In this document: positions 10,625 to 19,343 of the stretch, piece by piece
How the letters are laid out: every line of letters starts with the position of its first letter
Numbering within the stretch: the stretch's first letter is position 1
DNA from: an uncultured Ilumatobacteraceae bacterium
GTDB lineage: Bacteria > Actinomycetota > Acidimicrobiia > Acidimicrobiales > Ilumatobacteraceae
Assembly: GCA_964549065.1 (NCBI GenBank)
Contig: CAZJUC010000001.1
Span: 1-48,207, forward strand
Direction of reading: 5' to 3'
Length of the DNA: 48,207 nt
Position numbers and translations under genes: made by a program
Notes under the pieces: model-generated
What the model was told of the DNA's origin: nothing
The model's input: only the letters and a program-made list of their open reading frames with translations
The model's database searches: none

Positions 10625-11410
10625 ATGTCAGAGATCGTCACCTACGAGACCCGCGAGCGCGTGGCGCTCATCACGCTCAACCGTCCCGATTCCCGCAACG
10701 CGGTCAACGGCGACGTCGCGCAGGCCATGGAGGCAGCGATCGACCGGCTGGAGGGCGATGACGACATCTGGGTCGGCATCATCCAGGCGAACACCGAGGG
10801 GCAGTCCAACCCGGTCTTCTGTGCCGGCGCCGACCTCAAGGCGATCAACTCCGGCCAGGGCGCGGCGCTGAGCACCGAACGTGGTGGGTTCGCGGGCTTC
10901 ACCTACCGGGACCGCAAGAAGCCGGTCATCGTCGCCGTCGACGGCCTCGCCACTGCAGGGGGATGTGAGATCGTGCTGGCTGCCGATCTCGTGGTCGCCA
11001 CGACCCGCTCGGCCTTCGGTCTCGCCGAGGCCAAGCGCAACCTCGTGGCGGGCGCCGGGGGCCTGTTCCGGCTCCCTCGGGCCATCGGACGCAACGCTGC
11101 GATGGAGCTGATCCTCACGGGAGAACCGTTCTCGGCCGAACGTGCCCACGAGCTCGGGCTGGTGAACCGGCTGGTCGAGCCGGGCCGGGCGGGCGAGGAG
11201 GCATTCGCGCTCGCCGCCCAGATCACCGCAGCGGCACCGCTCGCGGTCTGGGAGAGTCGCAAGGTGGTCCTCGCCGCAGCGACCGAGGACGATGACACCC
11301 TCAAGCGGATGACCGATGCCGCGATGGGCGTGGTGATGAGCTCCGAGGACATCGGCGAGGGCCTGACCGCCTTCATCGAGAAGCGCGCGCCCCAATGGAA
11401 GGGCCGCTGA
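10625..11410 (+). CDS. enoyl-CoA hydratase/isomerase (crotonase) family
   Basis: ALITLNRPDSRNAVNGDV..AM..A...LE.D.....GII......FCAGADLKA and VIVAVDGLATAGGCEIVLAADLVVA are crotonase-fold hallmarks. Confidence 0.88.
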   Translation: MSEIVTYETRERVALITLNRPDSRNAVNGDVAQAMEAAIDRLEGDDDIWVGIIQANTEGQSNPVFCAGADLKAINSGQGAALSTERGGFAGFTYRDRKKPVIVAVDGLATAGGCEIVLAADLVVATTRSAFGLAEAKRNLVAGAGGLFRLPRAIGRNAAMELILTGEPFSAERAHELGLVNRLVEPGRAGEEAFALAAQITAAAPLAVWESRKVVLAAATEDDDTLKRMTDAAMGVVMSSEDIGEGLTAFIEKRAPQWKGR

Positions 11411-11433
11411 GCGCCGACCGGGCTGCCGGCCGG

Positions 11434-11877
11434 TCAGAGTCGGCGAAACGTGGTGATCAGTCGGGCCACGATTCCGGCGCGTTCGTAGAGGTTCTTCGTG
11501 TGTCGATCGCCGGGGAGCGCTTGGCCTTCGACCGCCACCGCGCCACGGTCCTTCGCTGACTCGATCGCCCGTGCGAGGAGTTCGTCGCCGAATCCGAGCT
11601 CGCGGGCCTCGGGTGTGACCCACACCTGCCGGATCCGGACGATGGCGTCGTCAGCGAGTTCGGCCACCAGGTAGGCGACGACGACGTCGTCGATGCTCCC
11701 GACGTAGACGTCGGCCTGGGTGCAGTAGCGGGCCCAGCTGTCACCGATCACGGGATGCTCGACGAGCCACTGTTCGCCGCCGCGCTGTCCGGTCAGCGCG
11801 GCTCGCGCCTCGGCTTCGAGCTCGCGCAACTGGTGGTCGTCGAGCGGCGTCGCCGACCGCACGAGGGGATCGATCAT
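11434..11877 (-). CDS. GNAT-family N-acetyltransferase
   Basis: IRQVWVTPEARELGFGDELLARAIESAKDRG matches the acetyl-CoA binding motif A (Q/RxxGxG/A). ATGA overlap with the upstream gene. Confidence 0.75.
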   Translation of the reverse strand: MIDPLVRSATPLDDHQLRELEAEARAALTGQRGGEQWLVEHPVIGDSWARYCTQADVYVGSIDDVVVAYLVAELADDAIVRIRQVWVTPEARELGFGDELLARAIESAKDRGAVAVEGQALPGDRHTKNLYERAGIVARLITTFRRL

Positions 11878-12464
11878 GATCGTCCGCCGTCGAGTTCACG
11901 CAGTTGCGCGAGCTTGCCGAGGATCGTTCGTCGGTGTCGGCCCTCGCGCTCGTAGCGTTCGATGTCGTCGCGTTCGACAGCGTCGAGTCCGTCCAGCTTC
12001 GCGACGATCTGGGCCGACGACAGATGGTCGTAGTCCACCAGTGCCAGCCCGGCGGCCTCTGCAGTGTCGACCGGCGTGTCGACGCTGGTGTCGATGGTCG
12101 TGTCGACCGGCGCCTCGGATGCGGCGGTGGCATCGGACCCCGCAGAGGGCGACGGGCGGTCGCGCTGCGGCGCCGGTGCCCCAGTGTCGGTCGGTTGGGC
12201 CGTGTCGGGCTCCGCGGTGTCGGGCGGCGTGAGTCGGGCGCGCAGCTCGCGCACGCCCTGGTCCACCGCCAACTTGCCGAGGAAGCGGGCGAGCACGACT
12301 TCTCGCCGGACCCGATCTGCGGCCGACGGCACCTTGTCGACCACGGTCGGAACGGCATCGACGATCCGATTGCCGACCTCGAGCGGTACCACGAGCGCCA
12401 ACTCGACCAGCCGTTCCAACGCAGGCCGGGTCGGCTCAGGAGGAGAAGATGGGGCAGTCGTCAT
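11874..12464 (-). CDS. hypothetical protein (Pro/Thr/Asp-rich middle, helical C-terminus)
   Basis: G/C-rich third codon positions and translational coupling to the GNAT gene. The start (ATG 12464) overlaps the DUF4193 stop by 29 nt; TTG 12419 is an alternative. Confidence 0.55.
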   Translation of the reverse strand: MTTAPSSPPEPTRPALERLVELALVVPLEVGNRIVDAVPTVVDKVPSAADRVRREVVLARFLGKLAVDQGVRELRARLTPPDTAEPDTAQPTDTGAPAPQRDRPSPSAGSDATAASEAPVDTTIDTSVDTPVDTAEAAGLALVDYDHLSSAQIVAKLDGLDAVERDDIERYEREGRHRRTILGKLAQLRELDGGRS

Positions 12465-12933
12465 CGCCGACGGGGCAGTTCGGCGCGCTGGTTCTCACGA
12501 GGAGGAAACAGGAAGAACACAGCTGTTCGTCCTGCTGCTTGGGCTGCAGACGCTCGCCCCCCTCTCCACGTATCTCCGGCTCGTCCTCTTCTTCGTCGTC
12601 GTCGTCCTCGTCGGCGGCGACCATCCGATCTTTCAGGATCTTGTCGAGGTCCTCCTCGACGTCGTCATCGCCGAGGAGTTCTTCGTCATCGTCGTCGTCG
12701 TCGTCGTCGGAGGCACGCTTCTTGCGCTTGGTGCGGGGTGCCTCGGCAGCGGCGTCGTCCTCGTCGTCCTCGTCGTCGTCGTCACCTTCGTCATCGTCGT
12801 CGTCGTCGTCGGCCACATCGTCGTCGTCGAGATCCTCGTCGTCGAGATCGATGTCGACGTCGGCATCCGTCTCGTCGTCGGTCGCCTCCTCGTCGAGGGT
12901 GTCGTCCGTTTCGGTGATCTCGTCGTCAGCCAT
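12436..12933 (-). CDS. DUF4193-family protein with an unusually long poly-acidic N-terminal region
   Basis: The C-terminus LQPKQQDEQLCSSCFLLVRTS...CPVGDDDC matches the DUF4193 core (compare the mycobacterial ...VVPKQADEFTCSSCFLV.HRS.. pattern). The first ~120 aa are almost entirely D/E. Confidence 0.78.
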   Translation of the reverse strand: MADDEITETDDTLDEEATDDETDADVDIDLDDEDLDDDDVADDDDDDDEGDDDDEDDEDDAAAEAPRTKRKKRASDDDDDDDDEELLGDDDVEEDLDKILKDRMVAADEDDDDEEEDEPEIRGEGGERLQPKQQDEQLCSSCFLLVRTSAPNCPVGDDDCPIFSS

Positions 12934-13017
12934 CTCGTCGTTTCGATCTCGTCATGCGTGCGGGGGGTTGCGGCGGGAGCATAGGCGTGGCTGCCCGTTC
13001 GACCAGGAGACCACACC

Positions 13018-13033
13018 TGTGACAGGCGTCACA
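13018..13033. promoter_or_regulatory. perfect CRP/Glx-type palindrome TGTGA-N6-TCACA
   Basis: TGTGACAGGCGTCACA, centred about 92 nt upstream of the DUF4193 ATG (12933) and overlapping the stop codon of the ThyX-like gene. Confidence 0.4.
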
Positions 13034-14636
13034 CTGCGCCGTCGCCTCGTCGCGCCTCGGCGCGACGTTCCGACTCGAGACGCTCGAGTTCGGGGGCTTC
13101 GGTGGTCATGTGGCTCATCGCTGCCGCGACGGCGTGGTGTCCCGCTCGCTCGGAGATCAGTCGGTACATCTCGAGGGCGACTCGTCGGTAGGACGGGTGT
13201 CCTTGCGGGGACGAGCGCAACTCGAGCAGATGGATCGCCTCTCGTGCGTTGAACTGCATGTTGTACCGCATCCGGTAGGCCATCGACACGGCGTAGGACG
13301 CCTGCTGCGGGAACTCGGGCGCCAGGGCGTCGTAGAGGCCTGCGGATCGCTCCATGGCCTCGTCGAACTCGCCGCCCAGGCCCGCCTCGGTCACCAGCTC
13401 GGGACGGGTGTAGCCGTGGTTCGGTGTGAGGCGCTGCCACTCGATGGTCAACATCCGGTGGCGCTGCATGTCCCTGAACGCCCCGTAGTCGCTCAACACG
13501 TCGAAACGGTAGAACGAACGCTCGAAGGCCCGGCCGGGCTTGTGACGGCGGTTCTCCCGCTCGCCGACGTAGGCGCGCATCAGCGCCACACGCTCGTCGA
13601 CGCCGAGTGCACGGACCCGATCGAGCAGCTGATGCTCGGGCAGTGTCGAGTGCGAGTAGCAGATCGCGGCAAGCAGCTTGTCCTCGGCTTCGGGATCGAA
13701 GTCGACCAGTTCGACCTCGGCGGCCGGCTCGACGGGAGTCGATCCGAAGAGTTCGTCGACGAGCGACGCGGTGTCGCTGCGGGTGGCGGCCAGGTACTCG
13801 CTCCACCGGCCACCCCGATCGGGCAGGTCGACCCGACGCAGGAAACTCGGAATCACCTTGCGCAGTTCGTGGAGCATCAGGTCGGCGTACTCACGCGACT
13901 CCGGCAGAGGATTCGAGCGCATCCGCAACAGCAGCGCCTCGAAGGCCTGGCCGGTGCCGTAGATGCCCACGTTCGACGTCGCCGCCGCCGGCAGGATGCC
14001 GCGAACGGCGTCGAGCGCCTTCGCGCGTGTTGCAGTCCGGTAGATGAACTCGCTGTCGTCGGGACCACGCTCGACGTTCGCCCGCACGTGCTCGGTCGAC
14101 AGCTCGACAGCTCGACTGTACGAATCGAAGATGCGGTCGAGGTCGCCGACGTAGCGGGTGCCGAGCGAACTCGACAGCACGGCCGGATCTCGGTAGTACC
14201 GGTAACGCCCCCCGAGGCGAGCGTCGTACGCGATGTACCGCGTGCTCTGCTCGAGGTAGCTCATCAAGCGCCCCCATTCGAGGATCTTGGTGAGGAGGTT
14301 CGATGCCTGCTCGCACGCCAGATGGACGCCGCCGAGCTGTGCCACCGAATCGTCGCCGTAGTCGAAGAACACACGCTCGTAGAGTTCCTCGGCGCGATCG
14401 AGGCCGATCGTGGCGTCGACCGATTGGTCGCCGCTGACGTCGAGGTCGCCGACGAACTCGTCGAGGAAGAGACGGCGCAGTGACTTGTGACTGCGGCTGT
14501 ATCGGGCGAAGAGGGCGCCCTTCACCACTTCCGGAAGGTTGACGAGTGCGAACACCGGTCCATCGAGGTTGGTGAAGTACCGGCGCAGCACATCGGCTTC
14601 GTCCGCGGTGAAGGACTCGGGGACGTACACAGCCAC
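13029..14636 (-). CDS. long-form ThyX-like (FAD-dependent thymidylate synthase family) protein
   Basis: The C-terminal half carries ThyX-like motifs: FRDMQRHRMLTIEWQRL (RHR motif) and NAREAIHLLELRSSPQGHPSYRRVALEM. At 535 aa it is about twice the length of canonical ThyX. GTG start at 14636. Confidence 0.55.
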   Translation of the reverse strand: MAVYVPESFTADEADVLRRYFTNLDGPVFALVNLPEVVKGALFARYSRSHKSLRRLFLDEFVGDLDVSGDQSVDATIGLDRAEELYERVFFDYGDDSVAQLGGVHLACEQASNLLTKILEWGRLMSYLEQSTRYIAYDARLGGRYRYYRDPAVLSSSLGTRYVGDLDRIFDSYSRAVELSTEHVRANVERGPDDSEFIYRTATRAKALDAVRGILPAAATSNVGIYGTGQAFEALLLRMRSNPLPESREYADLMLHELRKVIPSFLRRVDLPDRGGRWSEYLAATRSDTASLVDELFGSTPVEPAAEVELVDFDPEAEDKLLAAICYSHSTLPEHQLLDRVRALGVDERVALMRAYVGERENRRHKPGRAFERSFYRFDVLSDYGAFRDMQRHRMLTIEWQRLTPNHGYTRPELVTEAGLGGEFDEAMERSAGLYDALAPEFPQQASYAVSMAYRMRYNMQFNAREAIHLLELRSSPQGHPSYRRVALEMYRLISERAGHHAVAAAMSHMTTEAPELERLESERRAEARRGDGAV

Positions 14637-14709
14637 GGTTGTCCACTCTAGGACGGGGTGTGGCTCTCACCCGGGATTCCGCGCTGGTCGTGACCAGGGG
14701 TTTCGACAA

Positions 14710-15324
14710 TCAGGCGTGGACGATCGCTGCGTCGGCGAGTACGTCGACGTGCAGCGTGGCGCAGCGTCCGACCCGTCGACCGTCGACGATCACCTCGACC
14801 GGACGAGGGAAGTCCCATCGTGCCGATCGAATCGAACGCGTGGAGATCAGGGGATGCGGCACGTGGGTCGCCGTGCGGAGGCGACGTCGGGCGAAGAACC
14901 GCTGCCGGGGCGACATCGACGGGTCGACGTCGAACACCTCGGCGCGACCATCGTTCGGGTGTCCTCGTGGAGCGACGTCCCAGGCGCCGATGAACTCGGC
15001 GTTCATCACGGCGACGAGCCGGCCACGCCAGGCGCCGCCGCGTGCCCACGGGGAACGCGCGACCACGTGCGCGCATGCGACGACCGGTGCCGTTGCGTCG
15101 TCGAGGCGGACCTCGAGCAGGTCGATCGGGAGTTCGTTCACGAGCGGGCGGATCTCGGACGATGTCACCCCGAGGGTGCGTGCCAGATCGCCGGACCCCA
15201 CCCCGATCGCTCCCGGCGGCCTCCGGGCGAGTGCCGTCGCGAGTTCGTGGTCTCCGTGGATGACGTCGAGTTGCTCGGGACGCTCGACCTGGCGTCCCCA
15301 CGGCGTCCTCGGCGAGATGGTCAT
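14710..15324 (-). CDS. short diacylglycerol/lipid-kinase-like protein with degenerate catalytic loop
   Basis: AIGVGSGDLARTLGV resembles the (I)P.GTGNDFAR.LG motif, and PNDGRAEVFDV...VIVDGRRVG resembles the DAGK accessory domain (DG.L.V ... DGE). VIHGDHE replaces GGDGT. 4-nt overlap with the helY stop. Confidence 0.4.
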   Translation of the reverse strand: MTISPRTPWGRQVERPEQLDVIHGDHELATALARRPPGAIGVGSGDLARTLGVTSSEIRPLVNELPIDLLEVRLDDATAPVVACAHVVARSPWARGGAWRGRLVAVMNAEFIGAWDVAPRGHPNDGRAEVFDVDPSMSPRQRFFARRRLRTATHVPHPLISTRSIRSARWDFPRPVEVIVDGRRVGRCATLHVDVLADAAIVHA

Positions 15325-18017
15325 GCGCTGGCAGCAGCGGCGGTCGAGCTGTCGGCGACGACGCCGCGGAACGCCGCCTCGGCCGCTCGTCCGGCCGCTC
15401 GGCGTGTCGACGGATCGGGCGAGACGATCGCCAGTTGGCGCAGCAGGTCGATCAGTTGCTTGGTGGTGCGGACGAAGTCACCGCCGGTCATCTCCTCGTC
15501 GCTCACCACTTCGGCGAACCCCTCCCCCGCCACCCACGCGTAGGCGATGGCGGCGAAGGTGGGATCGGGTGACCGGTGTTCGGCGAGGCCGACCGAGCGT
15601 TCGGTGGCGCGGAGATCCTCGCTGATGGCGGCGAGTCTGCGCCACCGACCACGGAGTTCGTCCGACGAGAACCACGGTGCCGGTGGCGCATCGGAGCTGC
15701 GGTGCTCGTAGACCACCGTCGACACCAGGGCAGCGAGGTCGGCCGCACCGAGTCCGTCGAGGACACCGGAGCGAACGATCTCGGTGACGAGCAGATCCGA
15801 TTCGTGGAAGGTGCGTGCGAGCATCTCGCCGGCCTCGGTGAGCGACCACGTGGCACGGTCGAGGTAGTCGTAGGTGGACAGCACGTCGAGAACCCGGTCG
15901 AATTCGTTGGCGAGCGAGGTGTTCTTGCCGCTGACACGGCGTTCGAGGTCGACGACTTCGCGCTGGATCCGGTCGGCCTGGCCCGCAGCGTCGAGTTTGC
16001 TGCGCAGGTCAGGGTCGCGTGCGACCGCCAGACCGTCGGCGCTGCTGCGCGCTCCCCCGCCGGACGACGACCTCCCACCGCGCTTGGTGCTGGGCGCCGG
16101 GGTCGACTTGAGACCCCGCAGTCGACGGGCGACGTCGTTGCGGTACTCCTTGCGATTCGGTGCATAGGAGTTGGGCAGCGGGATCGAGCCGACACGCCGC
16201 GGTGGTTCGTCGAAGTCTTCGGCGGTGAGGTAGAGCGCCTTCGCGGACTTCGTGATCGTCGTGAGCCGCAGACCGCCCTTGCGGTTCGCGCTCGCCACGA
16301 CCGCCGCCGGACCCTTGTAGGTGCCCTTGGCGACGTGGACCACCGCGCCCGGTCGCAGGGCGGCCAGTGCTTCGTCGACGGCCCGTCGTCGCGCGGTGCG
16401 GCCGGCGGCGCGGTCGTCGCGGTCACGTTCCCGGAGACGCCGGTACTCGTCGATGTCGCCGTAGTCGCTGTGCGCTCGCTGGCGCAGGTCGGCCAGCGCG
16501 GTGCGACGACGTTCGAGGCGTGCTTCGAGGCGCACGACGTCACGGTCCGCCTGGTACTGGGCGAACGAGAGGTTCAACAGATGGTGCGCCTCCTCGCTCG
16601 AATACGTGCGCACCAGGTTGGCCGCCATGTTGTACGTGGGCCGGAACGCAGAGCGGAGGTGGAACGACGAGCTGCCCGCCAGTTCGGCGACCTCGTCGAA
16701 ACGCACCCAGGGCGACCACAGCACGACCGCCGTGCCGAGATCATCGATCCCTCGCCGACCCGCTCGGCCGGTCAGCTGCGTGTACTCGCCGGGCGTCAGC
16801 CGCTCGTGGTGTTCACCGGTGAACTTGGTGAGCTTCTCGATCACCACGGTCCGAGCGGGCATGTTGATGCCGACGGCCAGGGTCTCGGTGGCGAAGACCA
16901 CTTTCACCAACCCCTCCACGAAGCAGGCCTCGACGACTTCCTTCATCGGCGGGACCATGCCGGCATGATGTGCCGCGATGCCGCATTCGAGCTGCGCGAC
17001 GAACTGCGTGAAGCCGAGCACGTCGAGGTCTTCGCGGTCGAGGCCCCCGAGCCGGGCGTCGATGATCGAGCGGATCGCCGCGCGTTCTCCGGCGTCGACG
17101 AGGTCGAGGCCGGCGTCGAGGCACGACTTCGCGGCAGCGTCGCACTGCGCTCGGCTGAAGATGAAGAAGATGGCGGGCAGCAGGCGACGCCGTTCGAGCA
17201 GCTCCACCGTCTCGACCCGGCCGGGTGGCGCCAACACCTTGCGACCCGAGCCGGCTGCGTGGTTCGAGTTCCGGTCGGAACGGCGTCTCCCGCCACCGGG
17301 ACGCCCCCGCACGGCCGACTCGTCGAGCGACACGGCGTCGCGATTCACGTGACCGTCGACGAACACCGGCAACATCCGGAGGCGATCGTTGGTGCGGTCG
17401 GCAACCAGGTACTCGTTGTCGAGCCGTACCGGGCGTCGTCGCTCGACGACCGCCGAGGTCGGCCCGCGCACCGTGGTGATCCACGTGGCGAGTTCATCGA
17501 CATTGCTGACCGTGGCCGACAGGCAGACCAGCCGGACGTGCTGCGGAAGGTGGATCATCACCTCCTCCCACACAGGCCCGCGGTACGAGTCCTGCAAGAA
17601 GTGCACCTCGTCGAGGACGACCATGCCGAGATCGTCGAGCAGTCGAGAGCGTCCGTAGATCATGTTGCGCAGGACTTCGGTCGTCATCACGACGATGGGA
17701 GCGCCACCGTTGATCGAGTTGTCGCCGGTGAGCAGCCCGACGTCGTCCTCGCCGTGAACGGCGACCAGATCGCGGTACTTCTGGTTCGACAGGGCCTTCA
17801 CCGGAGCGGTGTAGAACGCCCGCATGCCGTCGAGGCGGGCGACGGCGATGCCGTACTCGGCCACCACCGTCTTGCCGCTGCCGGTGGGCACGGCGACCAC
17901 GACGTGCTCACCGCGGTCGAGTGCCTCGAACGACTCCCGCTGGAACCGGTCGATCGGGAACGGGTACCGGTCGACGAAGTCGTCTCGGAGCTGCTCGCGC
18001 TCCGCTGCGGTGCTCAC
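15321..18017 (-). CDS. helY: Ski2-like DEAD/DEAH-box RNA helicase HelY
   Basis: AVPTGSGKT (Walker A), VLDEVHF (DExH), and a C-terminal DSHCT-like region. Synteny with tatC/tatA as in Mtb Rv2092c. GTG start in a GTGA overlap with tatC. Confidence 0.9.
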   Translation of the reverse strand: MSTAAEREQLRDDFVDRYPFPIDRFQRESFEALDRGEHVVVAVPTGSGKTVVAEYGIAVARLDGMRAFYTAPVKALSNQKYRDLVAVHGEDDVGLLTGDNSINGGAPIVVMTTEVLRNMIYGRSRLLDDLGMVVLDEVHFLQDSYRGPVWEEVMIHLPQHVRLVCLSATVSNVDELATWITTVRGPTSAVVERRRPVRLDNEYLVADRTNDRLRMLPVFVDGHVNRDAVSLDESAVRGRPGGGRRRSDRNSNHAAGSGRKVLAPPGRVETVELLERRRLLPAIFFIFSRAQCDAAAKSCLDAGLDLVDAGERAAIRSIIDARLGGLDREDLDVLGFTQFVAQLECGIAAHHAGMVPPMKEVVEACFVEGLVKVVFATETLAVGINMPARTVVIEKLTKFTGEHHERLTPGEYTQLTGRAGRRGIDDLGTAVVLWSPWVRFDEVAELAGSSSFHLRSAFRPTYNMAANLVRTYSSEEAHHLLNLSFAQYQADRDVVRLEARLERRRTALADLRQRAHSDYGDIDEYRRLRERDRDDRAAGRTARRRAVDEALAALRPGAVVHVAKGTYKGPAAVVASANRKGGLRLTTITKSAKALYLTAEDFDEPPRRVGSIPLPNSYAPNRKEYRNDVARRLRGLKSTPAPSTKRGGRSSSGGGARSSADGLAVARDPDLRSKLDAAGQADRIQREVVDLERRVSGKNTSLANEFDRVLDVLSTYDYLDRATWSLTEAGEMLARTFHESDLLVTEIVRSGVLDGLGAADLAALVSTVVYEHRSSDAPPAPWFSSDELRGRWRRLAAISEDLRATERSVGLAEHRSPDPTFAAIAYAWVAGEGFAEVVSDEEMTGGDFVRTTKQLIDLLRQLAIVSPDPSTRRAAGRAAEAAFRGVVADSSTAAAASA

Positions 18018-18814
18018 GTGTCAGCTGGTCGGCGTCGCACGACCAGCCACCCCAGCAGGATGGCCAGGAAGTAGAGGGCCACCATCGGCAGGCCGAGCAT
18101 GCCCATCGTGACCGGGTCACCCGACGGGGTGATCACGGCGGAGATCACGGCAATCGCCACCAGCGCGATGCGCCAACTCTTCAGCAGCCGCCTCGGCGTG
18201 ACGACGCCGAGGGCCTGCAGCCCGAACACGAAGACCGGCAGCATGAACCCGAGGCCGAACGCGAAGATCATCAGTCCGATCAACGAGACATAGCTCTGCA
18301 CCGAGAACACCTGGCCGACCTCGGCACCGGCCCAGCTGATCAGGAACTCGAGCGCCTGGCCGATGGTGAAATAGGCGAGTGCACCGCCTGCCAGGAACAG
18401 CAGCACCGACACCGAGACGATCGGGACCGCCCACTTCTTCTCCTTCTGGTTCAGTGCCGGCACGATGAAGCGCCAGACCTGCCAGAGAATCACCGGGAGT
18501 GCCGCCACGATGCCGCCGTACAGGCCGACGCGGACTCGCGTCGACAGGCCTTCGGTCGGACTGAACACGAAGAGGTCGGGATCGCAGAAGTCCGCAGGCT
18601 TTCGGGTGCACAGATCGACGTAGGGTTGCACCAGGAACTCGAGCACCTGGTTGTAGAACGCGATGATCAGCACCATGCCGATCGCGACAGCAAGCGCCGA
18701 GCGGATGATCCGAACCCGCAGTTCGGCGAGATGCTCGGTGAGCGTCATGGTGTCGGCGCCCGACGCGTCGCCGTCGTCGGTCGTCATCGGTCGTTCGCCA
18801 TCAGTGGTCGTCAT
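18014..18814 (-). CDS. tatC: twin-arginine translocase subunit TatC
   Basis: LTEHLAELRVRIIRS plus a six-TM TatC pattern. The start could be 18814 (ATGA-coupled to the upstream gene) or the internal ATG 18748 (MTLTEHL...). Confidence 0.9.
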   Translation of the reverse strand: MTTTDGERPMTTDDGDASGADTMTLTEHLAELRVRIIRSALAVAIGMVLIIAFYNQVLEFLVQPYVDLCTRKPADFCDPDLFVFSPTEGLSTRVRVGLYGGIVAALPVILWQVWRFIVPALNQKEKKWAVPIVSVSVLLFLAGGALAYFTIGQALEFLISWAGAEVGQVFSVQSYVSLIGLMIFAFGLGFMLPVFVFGLQALGVVTPRRLLKSWRIALVAIAVISAVITPSGDPVTMGMLGLPMVALYFLAILLGWLVVRRRPADT

Positions 18815-19308
18815 CGATCGTCCGTCATCGCCGGTCCGTCATCGATCGGAGCTCGCGACAGCTGGGGCGGCGGCAAGCCGGGAGGATCGCCCGGGGTGGC
18901 CACCTGGGAGGAACCAGGGTCGGTGACCCCCTCGAACGGTGTCGCACCGTTGCGGGTGGGGTCGGCGGTACCGGCGATCGGGGCGGCCCAATCGTTGTGC
19001 GCATCGGGCTCCCCGCGTCGTTGTGTCGTGGCGGCGGCGTCGTCGAGGACGCGTTGTTCGGCCTCGGCTTCGGCCATCAACTTGCTGGGGTCGGCGGCAT
19101 CGCGGACCAGATTGGCGGTCTCGCGCATCTCGCGCATCGGCTCGTCGAGCGCCGATTTCAACTCGGACTGGAATCCGGTACTCATCTTCTTGAGCTCGGA
19201 GTACGTCTGGGTGAACTTGCGAACGGCGTCGGGCAGCTTCTCCGGACCCAGCACCACGAGCGCGAGCAGCAAGATGACGATGATCTCGCTGCCCTGCAGA
19301 TTGAACAC
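18811..19308 (-). CDS. Tat translocase TatA/TatB-family protein (TatB-like features)
   Basis: MFNLQGSEIIVILLLALVVLGPEKLP: N-terminal TM with Glu8 and a GP.KLP hinge, an amphipathic helix, and a long Pro-rich tail (165 aa). Confidence 0.85.
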   Translation of the reverse strand: MFNLQGSEIIVILLLALVVLGPEKLPDAVRKFTQTYSELKKMSTGFQSELKSALDEPMREMRETANLVRDAADPSKLMAEAEAEQRVLDDAAATTQRRGEPDAHNDWAAPIAGTADPTRNGATPFEGVTDPGSSQVATPGDPPGLPPPQLSRAPIDDGPAMTDDR

Positions 19309-19343
19309 GGCCGCAGTCTACGGGCCTGCCATCATGAGTCGGA

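Noticed and set aside
12064-13252. Val-rich (12064..12984) and Ser-rich (12449..13252) + strand ORFs
   Set aside because: They are the complementary readings of the GAC/GAT/GAG triplet tracts that encode the acidic DUF4193 protein. The homopolymeric composition is a by-product, not a gene.
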